Shown one piece after another: positions 14,401 to 29,889 of a stretch of DNA of 64,000 nt. Each line of letters starts with the position of its first letter. Within the stretch, counting starts at the first letter, position 1. The DNA lies in the NCBI RefSeq assembly GCF_009914755.1, contig NC_060944.1; one strand, 5' to 3'. The notes beneath the pieces are model-generated. The model saw only the letters and a list, made by a program, of their open reading frames with translations, had not been told where the DNA came from and made no database searches. Made by a program: the position numbers and the translations under genes. This stretch comes from the human T2T-CHM13v2.0 reference genome, Homo sapiens.

Positions 14401-16379
14401 TGGGTAGCAGAGTTGGAATCCAAATCAAAACATACTTTCAGCCAGTGCCAGGCACTGCTCCAACCCTGGGGAAGAAAACTCAGTTCCTGCTCTCAAAGGA
14501 CTTATAAGTGAGTCTATGACAGGGAGATGAGCGCTTTTAAAAAATTAACAAGGAAATGCGTAGCTTTTTGAGTGAGGATGACATATCGAACAATGAAGCA
14601 GAGCCAGGGACATTGAGGTGGGTAGTATTTTAGACAGAATGGCCAAGGAAGGCCTCTCAGATAGGCCTGAAGGAGAGGAGCGAGCCAGACATGTAGATAT
14701 TTAGGGATGAGAGTGCCAGGCAGAGGCAATGGCGAGTGCAAAGGTCATGTGGTGAGTGGAGAATCTGGCACGATTGGGGGAAAGCAAGGCTGTAGGCCCC
14801 TGGGGCCACTGTAAAAATTCTGGGTTTCACTCTGAGTGCAGTGGGGGCTGTGGGAGGGTTTTGCACAAAGGAGGAACGTCACCTGACTTAGGTTTTAGAG
14901 GCTTCTCTGGCTGCTGGGGGAATGTGGCTGGTAGAGAGGTGAGGCAGAGGCAGGGAGGTCAGCGTGGAGGTTCAGTCAGGGTGGTAAGAAGAGGTCAGGG
15001 TCTGGCCATGTGTTGGAAGTTGAGCCAGCAGGATCTACTAACAGATGGGTTGTGGAACACGGATGAAAGGGAGTCAAGGAAATGTCTCATTCTGAGTCCA
15101 GCACTTCTAACCACAGAGCATCTGACCTGGGGAGGGAGGGGGCTGCATTTCCTGTTTACAGGTGAGGAAACAGGCTTAGAGAAAAGCAACTTTGCCAAGC
15201 ACCGTGCTACAGACAAGACATAAAGGTCATCTGGCCCCAGAACCTGAGCTCTGGACAGTCTTAGCACCTTAGAAGTTTACCTACTGCATGGATGGGGCCA
15301 CCAGAGTCTGCCCCTTCCCTGCAGGGATGTGGCACAGCACTGAGTTCTCAGAGCTACCCAGGGCAAGGGTGAAGGAGTGGGGACCCTGAGCCCCTGGGCC
15401 AGCTGTCAGCTTATTTACCAGGCCACACGCATCCCCATTTTTGGTGGCTTCAATGCAGGTAGCAGTTTCTATCACAGCACCTGGTTTGTCCCTGCCCAAT
15501 GGGTGTATCCAGTGGTGCCGGCAGAATGTTCCCAGTGCTGGCCTGCTCTTCAGATGGGCAACCGAAACCATCCTTCAGGGCGCTAGGTTAGCCCAGTCCC
15601 AGGTCCTCCCCATCTCAGCTTCCTTACAGCCAGTGAGCATGTTCCAAGGACTCTACCCTGAGTCCTGTCACCTCTGCGTCTTTGCTCATGTGGTTCCCTC
15701 CTCTTGGAATGCCTTCCTTCATCCCAGCCTCTGTCAGCCTTTAAGACCTAGCTCAGGGGCCACCAGCTCCAGGAAGTCTTCCTGGGTTTCACTCTCTTCC
15801 AGAACCCCATCCCTAAACCTCCTCTTGCAACACCGATCGCCATGTGCGTGGTCATTGCTCATGTCCAGGACGGCCCCACATGCTAAGATAGTCTCAAGGG
15901 CAAGGGCCTGTCTTACTTGGCTCTGTTTTCTGTGGTATCTAGGACAGGGCCTGGCAGCAGAGTGAGGTTTGAGAGGGCATGAATGAATCATTCTGACTCC
16001 AGAGGAAATCACTGTGTAGTCCTGGCTGTTGGAGCCCCAAGCTCTCTTCTTGGGAACTGTGGCATCCATGCAGCCATCCACTGGTGCAGCCCCGGCCATG
16101 AATGCAGCCCCAGCTACCTTTCGCCTTCCTGCATGGGGTCATGGGCTCCAGCAGATGGTTCTGGGCTAGCCTGTTGACAGCTGTGCCCTGTGGCCAGCAC
16201 ATAGTAAGTAGGTGCTCTGGAAAGGTTAGCACCTCCTATCAAGGGCACGACCCTAGACAGATACCACACAGGGTATTGACCGCCAGGAGCCCATGGCAGA
16301 CTTGAGGGAAGTGTGTCTCCTCACATCCTCCATCACCCTTGTGCTTGTGGAAACTTACACAGCAACCTCATCTATTCCA

Positions 16380-16870
16380 GGCACATGCCCAGCTGGACAC
16401 GCTCCCGAACACAGGCACACGGACACCTGGGGTGCACACAAATAGTGGCATGTGCATACCTCCCTGCTTGTCAATGCACACACCCTCATAGTCACATTTA
16501 CGCATACAGCACTCTGTCACACACGTGCCACCCCCCACACACACCCTCTACACACACATACACACCACACTCACGTGCATGCCGCTCCTGCATCACTCTC
16601 CCACACACTCACACCCTCCCACACATGCCCAGGCCACCATGATTCAGACACTCTCCTGCACACAATTCACATGCCCACGCCCATGATCCCTAGCCCCCCA
16701 TTCAGACACAGTCCTGTGTTGCACTCTGACATATTCCGGCACACAGGCACCGTCTCTTTCACACTCCTCCTTGTGCCCACCCATGTGTACATGTGTGTGC
16801 AGATGCTTATGCTCTGTACACGCATACATGTATGTACACACGTGTGTTCTCGTGTGCATACTCTTATGCA
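16380..16870. repeat. Degenerate CA/TG-rich low-complexity tract
   Basis: Dense cacac/tgtgt runs; this is the source of the His/Thr-rich pseudo-ORFs. Confidence 0.8.
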
Positions 16871-16877
16871 CCCTCAG

Positions 16878-17149
16878 CACACTCATGTTCACATGTTCCA
16901 TTGTACAGCCCTGTACTACATCCTGTGTGCATCCGCTTTAATGTACACTCATGTTCACGTGTTCTATTGCACAGCCCTGTACTATATCCTGTGTACATCC
17001 TCTTTAATGCACACTTAATGTTCACATGTTCTCTGCATAGCCCTTTATTACATCCTGTTTGCATCCGCCTTAATGCACATTTATGTTCACATGTGCTATT
17101 GCAAGGTCCTGTACTACATCCTGTGAGCACCCTCTTTAATGCACACTCT
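16878..17149. repeat. Minisatellite, ~66-bp unit x ~4
   Basis: atgttcac recurs at 16885, 16951, 17018 and 17083; each unit carries a variant of cagccctgtactacatcctgtgtgcatcc. Confidence 0.85.
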
Positions 17150-17320
17150 TGCACTGCATACTCTGGCACACAGCATTAAATCACACCCAGAAGATAGTAG
17201 AGGCAGCCCCCGATGAGGAGCTGCTATAAGTGCGGGGTGGAAAATCGCAGCCTTCTGAGGATGGTGAATAACAATAATGATGAGGGAAGAAGGGAGCCGG
17301 GTATCACTGCAGCCACTTTA

Positions 17321-17997
<677 letters not shown>

Positions 17998-18489
17998 TCA
18001 CCCTTTATGAAATATTTTCATCTTTTAATCTCAAAAGCCACACACATGAACATTGTTTTTTAAGAAATCAAATATATTTTCTAAATCCCAGTGGTCAGTT
18101 CTCAGCCCCCATCTTATTGCATCTCTCAGTGGCATTCAATGCAGGTGGTCACACCCTCCTTGGCCAATTCAAAGAAGAGAAAGGAGATGTGGCGGGAGAA
18201 GCAGGTCACAGGAAGGGGCCGGGAGATGGGATCTAAGATGCCAGCAGGAGCCTCTTGCCCAGGGGGGTTAGGTACATTCCAGATGTAATCATTTGAGTGA
18301 TTTCTTTGAAATCCATCTTTGCCTCGAGGGTGGAAGCTCCATGAGGCCAGGGACACAGCCATTTCACAGCCCTTAGCTCAGGGCCTGGCACAGGGAAGGA
18401 TCCAGAATGCAGCACTGACCGCACTTGCTGTGGACACTGAGTTCCTCTTACAGCAAACATATGGTGACCACCCACTGTGCTGACTGCTC

Positions 18490-19930
18490 CCCTTAGGAAA
18501 CGTGTTCGTGTGTTTTGTTTCATTACTTTAACTTTTTTCCAAAACCAATAAATGTTCACTGCAAAAAAATACAATATATGATGTATTATAAAGTAATAAG
18601 AAAACATGCCGACCCCATCCTACCTCAGTCCCATTTCCCAGATGCAACACACCACAGCATGCCATGTTTAACTTATCATCCTTGCAGACCTTTTTCTCTA
18701 GACATGCGATTGACCAATCAACAAAGATTTATCGAGCGTCTACACTGTGCCAACCACAGTAGCAGGAGCTGGGGAAACAGTGAACAAAACAGACTAAATC
18801 CCTGGAGGAGAGGTTCATTTAAACAGTACACATACGGTAACATACATCATTACATGTACAGGTTTTTTAAAAAACAAAATGAGATACTATAAATATTCTT
18901 TTGTGTTCATCCAATTTAGAGAAGCTGAAACAATGCCCAAAGTAGGAGGGGAAAAAAAGAGAAAAACCTCATGAGGTTTAGATTCATGATCCAAAGAGAG
19001 TTACATTTTATAGCTTTGTTTAATACCCTCCAGTTGTTTATATATAGTTTTATTTTACAAAGTCATGATCATACAGAGAGTATAGATTTTTCTCCATCTT
19101 TTTTTTTCTTACAAAAGAAATGCAAACAGAAAACATAAACAAGAGCAAAATCCCATGTAAATCTACCACTCAATCATGGCTAATCTTTAATATCATTGTT
19201 TTTTTCTAAAATTGGGAGTTTGGGATCACACTGGATCTACTACTTGGTAACAGACTCTGATCTTGTAACACATTTCCATTGTAATTCTATACCATCATTT
19301 TCATGGCTATAGACTTGGCCTATAGCTGTGAAAGTAGATTCACCATAATGGGATCAGCCAATCTCCTTTCCTTGGATATTAGGATATTTTCAATTTTTTA
19401 TTTTCATACAGACACTTAAGTGAATGAAGCAAAATGTCTGCACATATTCTTAGTTACCTAAAGGTATGATGTTAGATTGTTTTTCTTCACTCATATTTTT
19501 ACTACATCAGAATGTTGATTACAGTTATCTTTGATGGTATGATGTGAGATTATTACTTTGTTTCCATACTTATTTTCTCTAAATGCCTTGCAATGAACAG
19601 GTTTTATTTGCATAAACACAATATTATTTAAAATGATGCCATGAAAATTTCTATATGACCACCGTTTTCATGGTAATGGCTTGTTACGGCTGCCTGTAAT
19701 TCCACATAGGGGATAGGCCGTAATTCACTTAACCATCCCCTATCATTGACCGGCTGGGCTTTTTCTAATGTCTTTAAGATCGTTATACAGGAAACCTACT
19801 CCATATCTGGGGTTACGTCCTCAGGGAGCAGCCCAGCAAAGGCTGGTGAACAGATTTCACACCTTTGGTTCATCCTGCCAAGCTGCTTTCCCGAAAAGAT
19901 GTTCCAATTTCCCCTCCCACCGGCAGTGCG
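18490..19930 (-). mobile_element. Old L1M-type fragments (boundaries approximate)
   Basis: AT-rich stretch with motifs typical of antisense L1 3' regions, e.g. ttccaatttcccctcccaccggcagtg and taattcacttaaccatccccta. Confidence 0.5.
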
Positions 19931-21183
19931 TGGGAATGCCTGCCCAGCCGCCCTCCTCTCCCTGAGACGGTTCAGGCCCCTGGACAGTCGCATCCTCTGC
20001 TAGGAGGGCAAGAGAAAGCAGGAAATAATTTGGCCAGCAAGTGACCCCAGACCCAGAGCCAGGAGTGATTTTTAACAAGCCTGATTCTCAGAACAGAACC
20101 TGCAGAGAAAAAGAAAGCAAGCAAGGAAAAAAAAAAAAAAACCCCTCTCTACTGGAAAAAACATACACATACACAGATTAAAATAATATTTGGCACTTAC
20201 GTCGCACTTTTAAAATTCTTCAAACGCTTTATAAACACTAGCTAATTAATTAAGCCGCCTAAATCTGGCTGCAGTCGGTGGAGAGAGCTCGAGAGGAGCT
20301 AAAAAAAAAATGGGGGAGCCAGCGCTACACAACTCCAGATTTTATTGTCGCCTGCCTGGGGTGTGATTACAGGCCTCCGGCTGCACCACAAGAATAGCCC
20401 TGCTCCAACATGCTGCACGCCTGACTCCGCAGCCTCTCCTGCGCCTCCTGCTCCCTCACCAACTGCTGACTCACAGCCCCTTGTGGTGTTATTGATAAGG
20501 ATAATAATAACTGCAAGCCAGGCTGAGTCCCGGGCTCCGGGCCTGCACCCTCCCCTGGATATGCCAGTATCAACTCCACCTAACACATGAAGAGAGAGGA
20601 GATTTGCCCAGGGTCATGGAGCCAACGACATCCTTCCTTCCTTCATTCATTACCACATTCATTCTGCATATTTTTATCGATGACACTGTGTTTTAGGCAG
20701 GAGGTTGGAAACAGTCCCTTGTGGATCCTACATCCTACTATTGGGAATGTGACAATCCAGAGAAAATCAAATATGTGAATAATACAGCTATGTGATAATA
20801 ATGGGAATAAGAATTAAAACTTACCCAGCACCTATGCAGCAGGCATACCACCGTGTCAGGGTCCTCATGACTGTGCTGGGGTGGATGCCGGAACCCCACT
20901 TCATGGATGATGGAATGGGGGTCCAGGGAAGGTGGGTACAGAGGTGGCTAAGAGGGGAGCCATGCTGTCACCCAGGCCTGCTGGCCCTAGCAACTGTGCT
21001 TCCCCGAGGCAGCCTTTCCAGTTGGTCCAGTCTCGAGGCTGAAATACAGACCTATCCGGAAAGTTCCTAGCTCAGTGCTGCTGGTGCTGCCTCTGATGTC
21101 CCCGCCTGGATGGGCCTCCCGGGCCTCCCACACATTTGGCCACCAGCCTCACCCCTCTCAGGCCGTCTGATGCTGGCTGGGCC

Positions 21184-21223
21184 TCTGTCCACTGTGGGTT
21201 CTGTCTGTCCACTGTGGGTTCTG
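21184..21223. repeat. Perfect 20-bp tandem duplication
   Basis: tctgtccactgtgggttctg x2. Confidence 0.9.
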
Positions 21224-23248
21224 TTTTTTTCTCCTGTGCCATGAAGATCTTGCCATGTTCAACTTCAAATGGAAATGAAACGAGAAGCTGGACTTCGTGA
21301 TAATAAAAGCAGTTGAGATCTTAAGTGGTTGATCAGGAAAAGAAAGTCAAAATGGTAATATTTACACCCAAAGCAGGTGGAGTGGTCTTAGGCACTCTGA
21401 GACTCCACTCACCTGCCATGAGAACCGGGCCCCAAGGGTGATCCCTTGCCAGAGTCAAGACTGGGTGAGGCTGGGAATGGGAGAAAGAGGCAGGACAATG
21501 GGCAGATAGCCCTCGGCTTGCTGCAGTGAGGGCAGATAGGGGTCTGTGAGCCTCTTTCCCTGGCTGCCCTGCCCCTGCCAGTGGGGTGGTGCCAGGCCAT
21601 GGGTTGGTGGGCAAATTCACAGGGTCTCTCTCCTCCCCAGCCAGAGCCAGAGGGGCACAGCAGCTCTGGACATCTGCCGCAGCCTTGTCTGATGTACAAG
21701 GCAAAGGTGGCCCAGGTCAGGGCAGGACAAGGTCACATGAAGGGTCAGTGGAGAGCCCAACTGGGGCCCCAGGTCACCTGTCACCTGCATACCAGGTAGC
21801 TGCCACTCCTCTGTCTACCTGGTTCTCTCCTTCTCCCCTATTCTAGCTTGCTCTCTCACTCTGCGTCTATCTCTCAGGCATGTGTTTCTCTGAGGTCTTT
21901 ATGATCATGATCTTTCTTTTTTTTGTTTCTTGTACCTCACCTTGTTCAGAATCGAGGCCCTGGCTCTGCCTTGCTCTGAACTGTTCTCACTTGGTCCCTA
22001 ACCATCTTCAACGCATCTCATGACAAGCTCGTCCTGCCCTCTTCCTGTCTGGGCTCCCCCCGTGCACCCCAATCTCTCCACCCAGGGTCCCTGTCTTGTG
22101 TGCCCCAGTGTCTCTGACTGGGGCTCAGGCTCCTGCAGCTGACCTCTACAATTCCTTCCAGCTACCCATTTGGGAGCCCTTGAGGCCTGGACTGGGTCCA
22201 GCTCCAGTGTGTCCCCATCACATAGAGGCCTGGATCACAGGGCATCAGCAGGTGTTGGTGAGAGTGAAGTTTGAGCCACAGCCACCTCCTTGTTTATTCA
22301 ATGTATAGTAACAACAACTTCCCCAGGGCCCATCTCAGGGCTAAGTGACTTCTATGTGTGATCTCGTTTTCTTTTCAGAAGAAAGCAGAGGCCTGGGGGC
22401 TGTTCCACCCATCCCGTAGATAAGAAAACGGAGACTCAAAACTCATGGATAAACTAAGGTCCCACAAGAACAAGGGGCGAGCCAGGTTTCAAACCAGGTC
22501 CGATGACTCTGAAGACCAGATGCTGCATTTGGACGCTGTCCCCAGCCTTAGCTTATTTTATCCTCCCAGAGATCCATCGAGGTGGGGTCATAGTAACTAT
22601 TTTATAGGTGAAGAAACCAAGGCTGAGAGCAGTAAAGGCAAACTAAGGCAGGTCTTGAATTTGTGTGGCACTTTGCAAGTCAGGCTCAGTCCTGGGCTCC
22701 AGGTGGGGATTCAAACTCACTGGCATGAGTCTACATTGGATATTCTTGGTCACCTGAGTGGCTGCCAAGGACACAGCTATAGGCCACTGATCCAGAACTC
22801 AAACCACATTCTCCTACTGCCCAGACCGCTGAGTACAGCCTCCCTTCTTGGGGCCTGCATCCTGGGCCAGGCTAGAAACAGAATCTAATGCCTTGTAGAG
22901 CCCCACACATGCCAGGCCCCTTCCTCTGAGTCTTTGCCCAGGCTGTTCCCACTGTCTGGAATACCAGGCTCCCTTCTGGCTCATTCAGATTAGAATTATA
23001 GAACCCAGCTCAGATGTGACTTCCAGAGAGGGTCCAGGCATTCAAACCCACTCTCTGCCATGTCACTTAGTGTTCTGTGCCTCAGTGTCCCCACTTAGAA
23101 TATAGGCTCATGTTGCAGGTTTGTTGTGAGGGTTAAATGAGATAATACATGCAATATACTGACCTCACAGCCTGCTCCTGGTGTGCACCCTGTCAATGAC
23201 AGTCACTGATAAACACTTGAGGAAACACAGAGGATCATGTAAGGATAA

Positions 23249-23683
<435 letters not shown>

Positions 23684-25614
23684 TAATAACACCCTCCATT
23701 CTTTGAGCAATGATCAGGTGTGGTGGTAGGTGCTCCTTTCCATGAATTGATGTCTCCCCCTTTTACAAATAAGGGGAGTTGAGGCCTGAAGACGTCATGC
23801 TATTTGCTGAAGGCTCCACGGCTGGTAAAGGGTGGGAACATCTGCATCCTTCATCTGCCTGGCTGTGTAGCCCTGGCCTCTTCAAAGCTGACCCAGCCCT
23901 TTCATTCCACAGATGAGGAAACTGACAGATAGAGTGACTTGCCCAGGCACAGGACCAGACCTCACCTGCTGCCTCCAGAGAGCACTTCCCTCTCAGGGCA
24001 GCCGAGTCTCCTCTATGTGACAGGCACTCACTGAGAACCTACTGTGTGCCAGGCTCCGCCAAGCTTGTGTTCTCATCCCTTCCAATAAGAGATCCACCCA
24101 GGGCAGGGAGCAGAGAGGGTGTGTTTCCTTTATTTCATCACCAAACACCAACTGAGAAGATTCCTAAAAGGCACAGATTTACTGTTTAATCTGATGGCCC
24201 TGGTGAGAGGAGAAGCCAGAGGGTTGGGCATTTTCTGTGGGTCTTTTAGAAAAACACTTGTGTGATTTAGGGACTGATTCATGCGTCACTAAAGGCTCTG
24301 AACAAAGCTGGGTCATCATAGAATGTCTCTCACCCCAGGGAGGAGGTCTCCCTTCTAGGTGACTTTGGGTTCCTCCGTTAAGGCAGCAAAGATGCTCATT
24401 TTGTATTTACTGCCAGAGCCCCAGGATCCTTGTTCTAACTCCGAATCCTGGGACATTAGTACAGGAAGGACCCTCAGACCATCCAGCCCAACCCCTAGTT
24501 ACAGGTGGAAACTTGAAGTCAGGAGATGACAGGGGCCTTGTCCACAGTCATAGGCCCAGTTAGTGACAGGATCTGGACCAGAGCCCACATCTGATTCCAG
24601 GGAGGCTCCTTCATTAGCCGTTGTTTACATAGAAGAGCCTGGTGCATCATAGGTGCCGACTGAAAGCTCCTTGAACAGAACTGCTAAGCAGGAAGCCAGC
24701 ACTTCTCCTTTCCATCAGTTTCCTAAAGGTTCAGAATATTCACATTCAGACCGTTAGGCCCACTGGTGATTGGAAAACCGCTCCCAAATGTAAGCCATAT
24801 CATTTGATACTGAGATTTCATATCAGGATAGAGACCTGCTCCATTGTGTAATAGCTACAGAATACTCCAGCTTATGGAAATACCAGATTTATTTTACCAT
24901 CTTCCATTGATGGATACGTAAGTTGTCCCCAAACTTGAGCTATTAAAACAGTCCTGCAGTGGATGACCTTATATATGTGTGACCTTACTCAGGTGGGAGA
25001 CGCCCACTGCAAGTGCCATTGCTAGATCAGAGGGGGTGTGTGTTTTAATGTGTGTGGATATGGCCTAATTTCCCTCCTAGACATTATAACAATCAAGTCT
25101 CCCCACAACCGCTGGACATAGGCAGGGAGGGTGGCTTTATCCTGATTGTGCAGATGTTACAGGAAAAGACGTTGAAGTTCCCAGATGATGCATCTCGTGC
25201 CTAGACAATCACAGCAAATACGTGGCTCAGGTGTGACCCAGATCTGCTGACTCCTAGCAGAGTGCTCACTCCTCTTTGCCATGCTGTCAGCCTAAATGAT
25301 GCCCTGGATGAGAAAGGAGGGAGGTGGGAGGGGGCCAGGGAGCAGCAGCTGGATTGGATCCTCATCCTGGCACTTTCTCCTTTTATAACAAGTACTTATG
25401 AAGGAAGAGCCATTTCTTGCCCCCTTTACAGATAAGGACTCTGAGGCTCAGAGAGGAGACCTGTGTGGTGAGCCAGTGGGGGAGCCAAGGTTTGATCCCC
25501 ACCAGCCTGACTCACAGCCCCTGTCTCTGTAACACTCAGCTATGCTTGTCAAAGTGTGGAGAAATGCTCCACCCTACTCATTCCAAACTCTTGCAGTTCT
25601 ATAGCAATAAGCAT

Positions 25615-25736
25615 AGGCTGAGGCAGGAGAATGCTTGAACCCAGGAGACGGAGATTACAGTGAGCCGAGATCGCACCACTGTACTCCAGCCTGGGTGATA
25701 GAGCAAGATTCTGTCTTGAAAGAAAAAACAAAACAA
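25615..25736 (+). mobile_element. 5'-truncated Alu right-arm fragment
   Basis: aggctgaggcaggagaatgcttgaacccagg ... ctccagcctggg plus an A-rich tail. Confidence 0.9.
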
Positions 25737-26273
25737 GTCCTATGGGAGTAGGAGGGACTGGCCCCCATCAGAAAGGTCCTGCAGATGTCTCATGATATGG
25801 GAACTTGTTCCTAAAGGACAGGTCTCAGCACATCACTGAGTAGCATCCATGGAGCAGAGTTGGGCCTCCTGCAGCCCAGCAGACCACGTGCCCACCTACT
25901 CACGGTGCTGAGGACTAAGGATGAGGAGATGAGGCATTTCCTGGTGGGTGCTTGGGGCTCATTGGAGCAAGAGTTTATATTATCCCCTCAGGCTGTCAGG
26001 AGCCCACTGACTTCAGTTTATGGCTATAGGGTAACCAGATCTGGGTACCCTGGAGGGAGGCTTCTCCCTAGAACTGCATGAAGTCAGGGATCTCAAAGGG
26101 AAAAAGGGAAGGTGGTGGTCAGTGTCAGGGTTCATGAAGTTCAGGCACTTGCTCAATTGATTGACATGAGAGCTTGGGGAACACTGGAAATGCCCATTGG
26201 GTACATGAGGGATGAGGAGACAGTGCCTTCGCTTTTCTCAGCCTCAGTTTCCTCATCTGTAGAATGGTGATAA

Positions 26274-26688
<415 letters not shown>

Positions 26689-27346
26689 ATCAAGGTGTTA
26701 TTTTAAGATGTGTTACCTTGGGCAACCCAGTTCCCCTTGCTGAGCCTCAGTTTCCCCATGCGTAGAACGTCGATAATTGTACCAACCTTTCCAGGATGTT
26801 ATGAGGATGCAATGAGCCTGGGGCGACGATAGACCTTAGTAAGCAATGGGGTTTTCCCAAGGTCATGTGATCTTGGGCAAATCCTGGCTTCCCTTGAGTC
26901 CTCAGCTTCCCTGTCTATGAAATGATGATGATGATTGCCAACCCTCACAGGTTCTGTGAGGATTGGAGAGGATGTACAGAGCCTCGGAATGGTGGCGGTG
27001 TTCGGGTTATCACTGAGCTCCTGCAGAAGTGTGGTTAGGAGAGTGTGGCCAGAGTCCAACTGCCTGGGCCACATCCCAGCTCTGCCACCTCCTGGCTCTG
27101 TGACCTGGGACAAGGCACTCCACCACCATGGGCCTCAGTGTCCTCACTTGTCAGTGATAACACCAACCTCACAGACCAGGAGTTGGGACCGAATGAGTTA
27201 AATCCTGTAGCGTGCTTAGGGCAGCAGGCGCCTGGCCTGCAGTCAATGTTCAACAGATGTGAGCTGTGTGATGCTGAAGCCATGCAACCTCAGATGGGTT
27301 AGTGCTCCTCCAGGCCTCAAGGATAAATGGTCCTTAGGATGTACTC

Positions 27347-27515
27347 AGGTAGTTTTCAATCTTGGCTGCTCTTTAGGATCATCTGGGAAACATTGAAATA
27401 AATCCCAGGCTCCACCACAGAAATGCCTCTTCAATTGGCCTGGCATGGGCCTAGGCATCTAAAGTTTTTAATTAATCCAGAAGATTCTAATACAGAGTCA
27501 GGACTGAAAACCCCT
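27347..27515. mobile_element. MER5B-like hAT DNA transposon relic
   Basis: Ends cag..gttttcaa / ctgaaaacccctg resemble MER5 terminal inverted repeats (recognised from memory). Confidence 0.55.
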
Positions 27516-29571
27516 GGGATAGACACCCAGAGGTCACGGAGGACAAGTTGGAAAAGATGGTCCTCTTGGGGTGCCAGATGGGAGAACAGCTTTTCAGGGT
27601 GTGGATGCTTCTGAACAACGTGCACCCGGGACAGCTCTTTGGAGGCCCCAGTGGCCTGGCCAGACCCCCTCTTATGATACAGGCCTCGGGGGCCAAGGTA
27701 GGGGCCCCAGACAAAGCCCTGCTCAGATCCAGCCTCAGTGTGGGGAAACCTTCCATCCTGAAAATGTTTTTGTCTAAATGACCGCCGGAATCCCAGCAAA
27801 TCCTTCCAATTCGGCCCCAGAACCCTCCCTGCCTCGACACACCAAGATGTCACGGAGGAGTCTGTTCCCTCCTCCTTTAAAATGCTTCCAGCTTCTGTAA
27901 ATGGCTCTTCTGGAGGGAGGCGCCTGTGATCTTGTGTTTTGAAAGCCAATTCGCCAAACTTGTTTCCTGAGGGGATTGTTTAGAAAAGGGGAGAGAATCC
28001 TCACTTGGTGGTTTCTGCTCCTTGTATCATTTGGGTTTGTCATGAGCCACAGGGAGCAGGGTTTGAGCCTTTTCTTGGTGTTTCTGCTCTGCTTTGTTCT
28101 GCTGCCTGAAGGATAAATGTGTAGATTCGGAAGCAGTAATGACCAGACCTCCTGATAACAGTCACAGGGGTCATTTATTAAGCACCTGCTGCATACCAGG
28201 CTCTGTGCTTGCATTCATCCTCCCTCTTCTTAACAGGGTGGGGTTTGTATCCACTTTTGGCCCTGGACCTCTCTGAGCTTTGTCCTAAAAGGGGCTCACA
28301 CGAGGATCCCCTCACAGAGATGGAGTGAGGATTAAAGAGCTGACGGGCATGGAGGGAGCAGCCAGTGTCCAGCTCCAGAGAAGCCCTGGATAAATGGGAA
28401 CTGATTGCAGCCCCTCAGCCCTGTGGGGACATCCAGGCCGCTGGCCTCAATGACTTGACTTCTTCAAGTGACACCCTCCTTACTGTGCCCTTAAAATGTT
28501 TGATGGGTGTGAGGGAGAAGTTAATATTTACAAATGCAAGTATGTGTGATATGTGCTTCCTGGTGACTGCGATAGGAGGTATGGGGTAATGATTAGCAAT
28601 TTGGAGACACGTTTACGACCCATCTGCAGGGAGAAACAGCCCGCGTTCTGATTCAGCCATGTGTGTGCTTTCAGGACCCAGGAAGTGCTTCTGCCTGCTT
28701 GGGCGCCCTGTGTCTGTGTAATTAATTGATAATTAACCACTTTGGCTTTCTCCACACTTGGTGATCTTTAGTGTCTATCTAAAACTGACACCAAAGAAGA
28801 CCGCAGATTCAGAAAAGTATCCCTTCCTTTCAAATTTAGCACTTGGCACAGATTAGACCCTGCTGGAATATTTGTGGAGAAAATGAAAAATATGAAGTAA
28901 ATTCATAAATACCTGAAGAGAGAGCTTTGGATATGAATAAAGTCTGGGTTAAAGTTAGATCTGTTTTTGCTTATTTTTGTGAAGCATCTTCTGTGTTTAT
29001 CCAAAGCAAAACTGCTTCTGTTGCCTCATTTAATCCTCGCTGCATCCCAGAAAGGAGAAATGCTGCTGTTCCATTTTACAGACAAGGAGCTGGGTGTGCC
29101 AGGCCGCCCCTCTCATGGGCTGAGCGGCCTGGTTCCAGCTCTCATGGTGATGCCACGTTGCTGCTTACTCCCTGCACTGACCTCTATAAACGCTCTCTCT
29201 GAGGTTGGCACTGTTGCCAGGGGAGGCAGGGTAGAAACAGTTAATACCAAGGATGAGATGGATCGTTAATTTTGATCCTGTGCCCAAATTGCTGGAAGTC
29301 ACCCTGTGTGGAGTGGAGAAGTTTGAACTCAGGCCTGGACTTCCCTCTGGGCCCTGCCCCTACACTGTCTGACCTCACATGGGTCCTCACCTCTCCCAAC
29401 CTTTGCATCCTGCTCTGTAAAATGACAATAAGGACACCGCCCTCATTAATCCTTCCACATTATTGGAAGGATAAAAAATAATGTCTCAGAAGGTTCTTAA
29501 CGTGTCACACACTTATCGTTAGTGATTGTCATCTGAGTCATGTCTCCTGATTATCGATGGTCCTTTTGTAG

Positions 29572-29889
29572 CCAAACCCTCTGCCCCCGTGGTATCGGGC
29601 CCTGCGGCGAGGGCCACACCTCAGCACACAGTGAGCTTCACCTGCGAGTCCCACGGCTTCTCACCCAGAGACATCACCCTGAAATGGTTCAAAAATGGGA
29701 ATGAGCTCTCAGACTTCCAGACCAACGTGGACCCCGTAGGAGAGAGCGTGTCCTACAGCATCCACAGCACAGCCAAGGTGGTGCTGACCCGCGAGGACGT
29801 TCACTCTCAAGTCATCTGCGAGGTGGCCCACGTCACCTTGCAGGGGGACCCTCTTCGTGGGACTGCCAACTTGTCTGAGACCATCCGAG
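29572..29889 (+). CDS. SIRPA: SIRPA coding exon 3: IgC1 domain D2
   Basis: Acceptor ccttttgtag|CC; KPSAPVVSGPAARATPQHTVSFTCESHGFSPRDITLKW...VICEVAHVTL...ETIR; donor G|GTAGAA; 318 nt, phase 1-1. Confidence 0.97.

Noticed and set aside
16313-17179. His/Cys/Thr-rich ORFs resembling metal-binding repeats
   Set aside because: Translations of the CA-rich tract and the 66-bp minisatellite.
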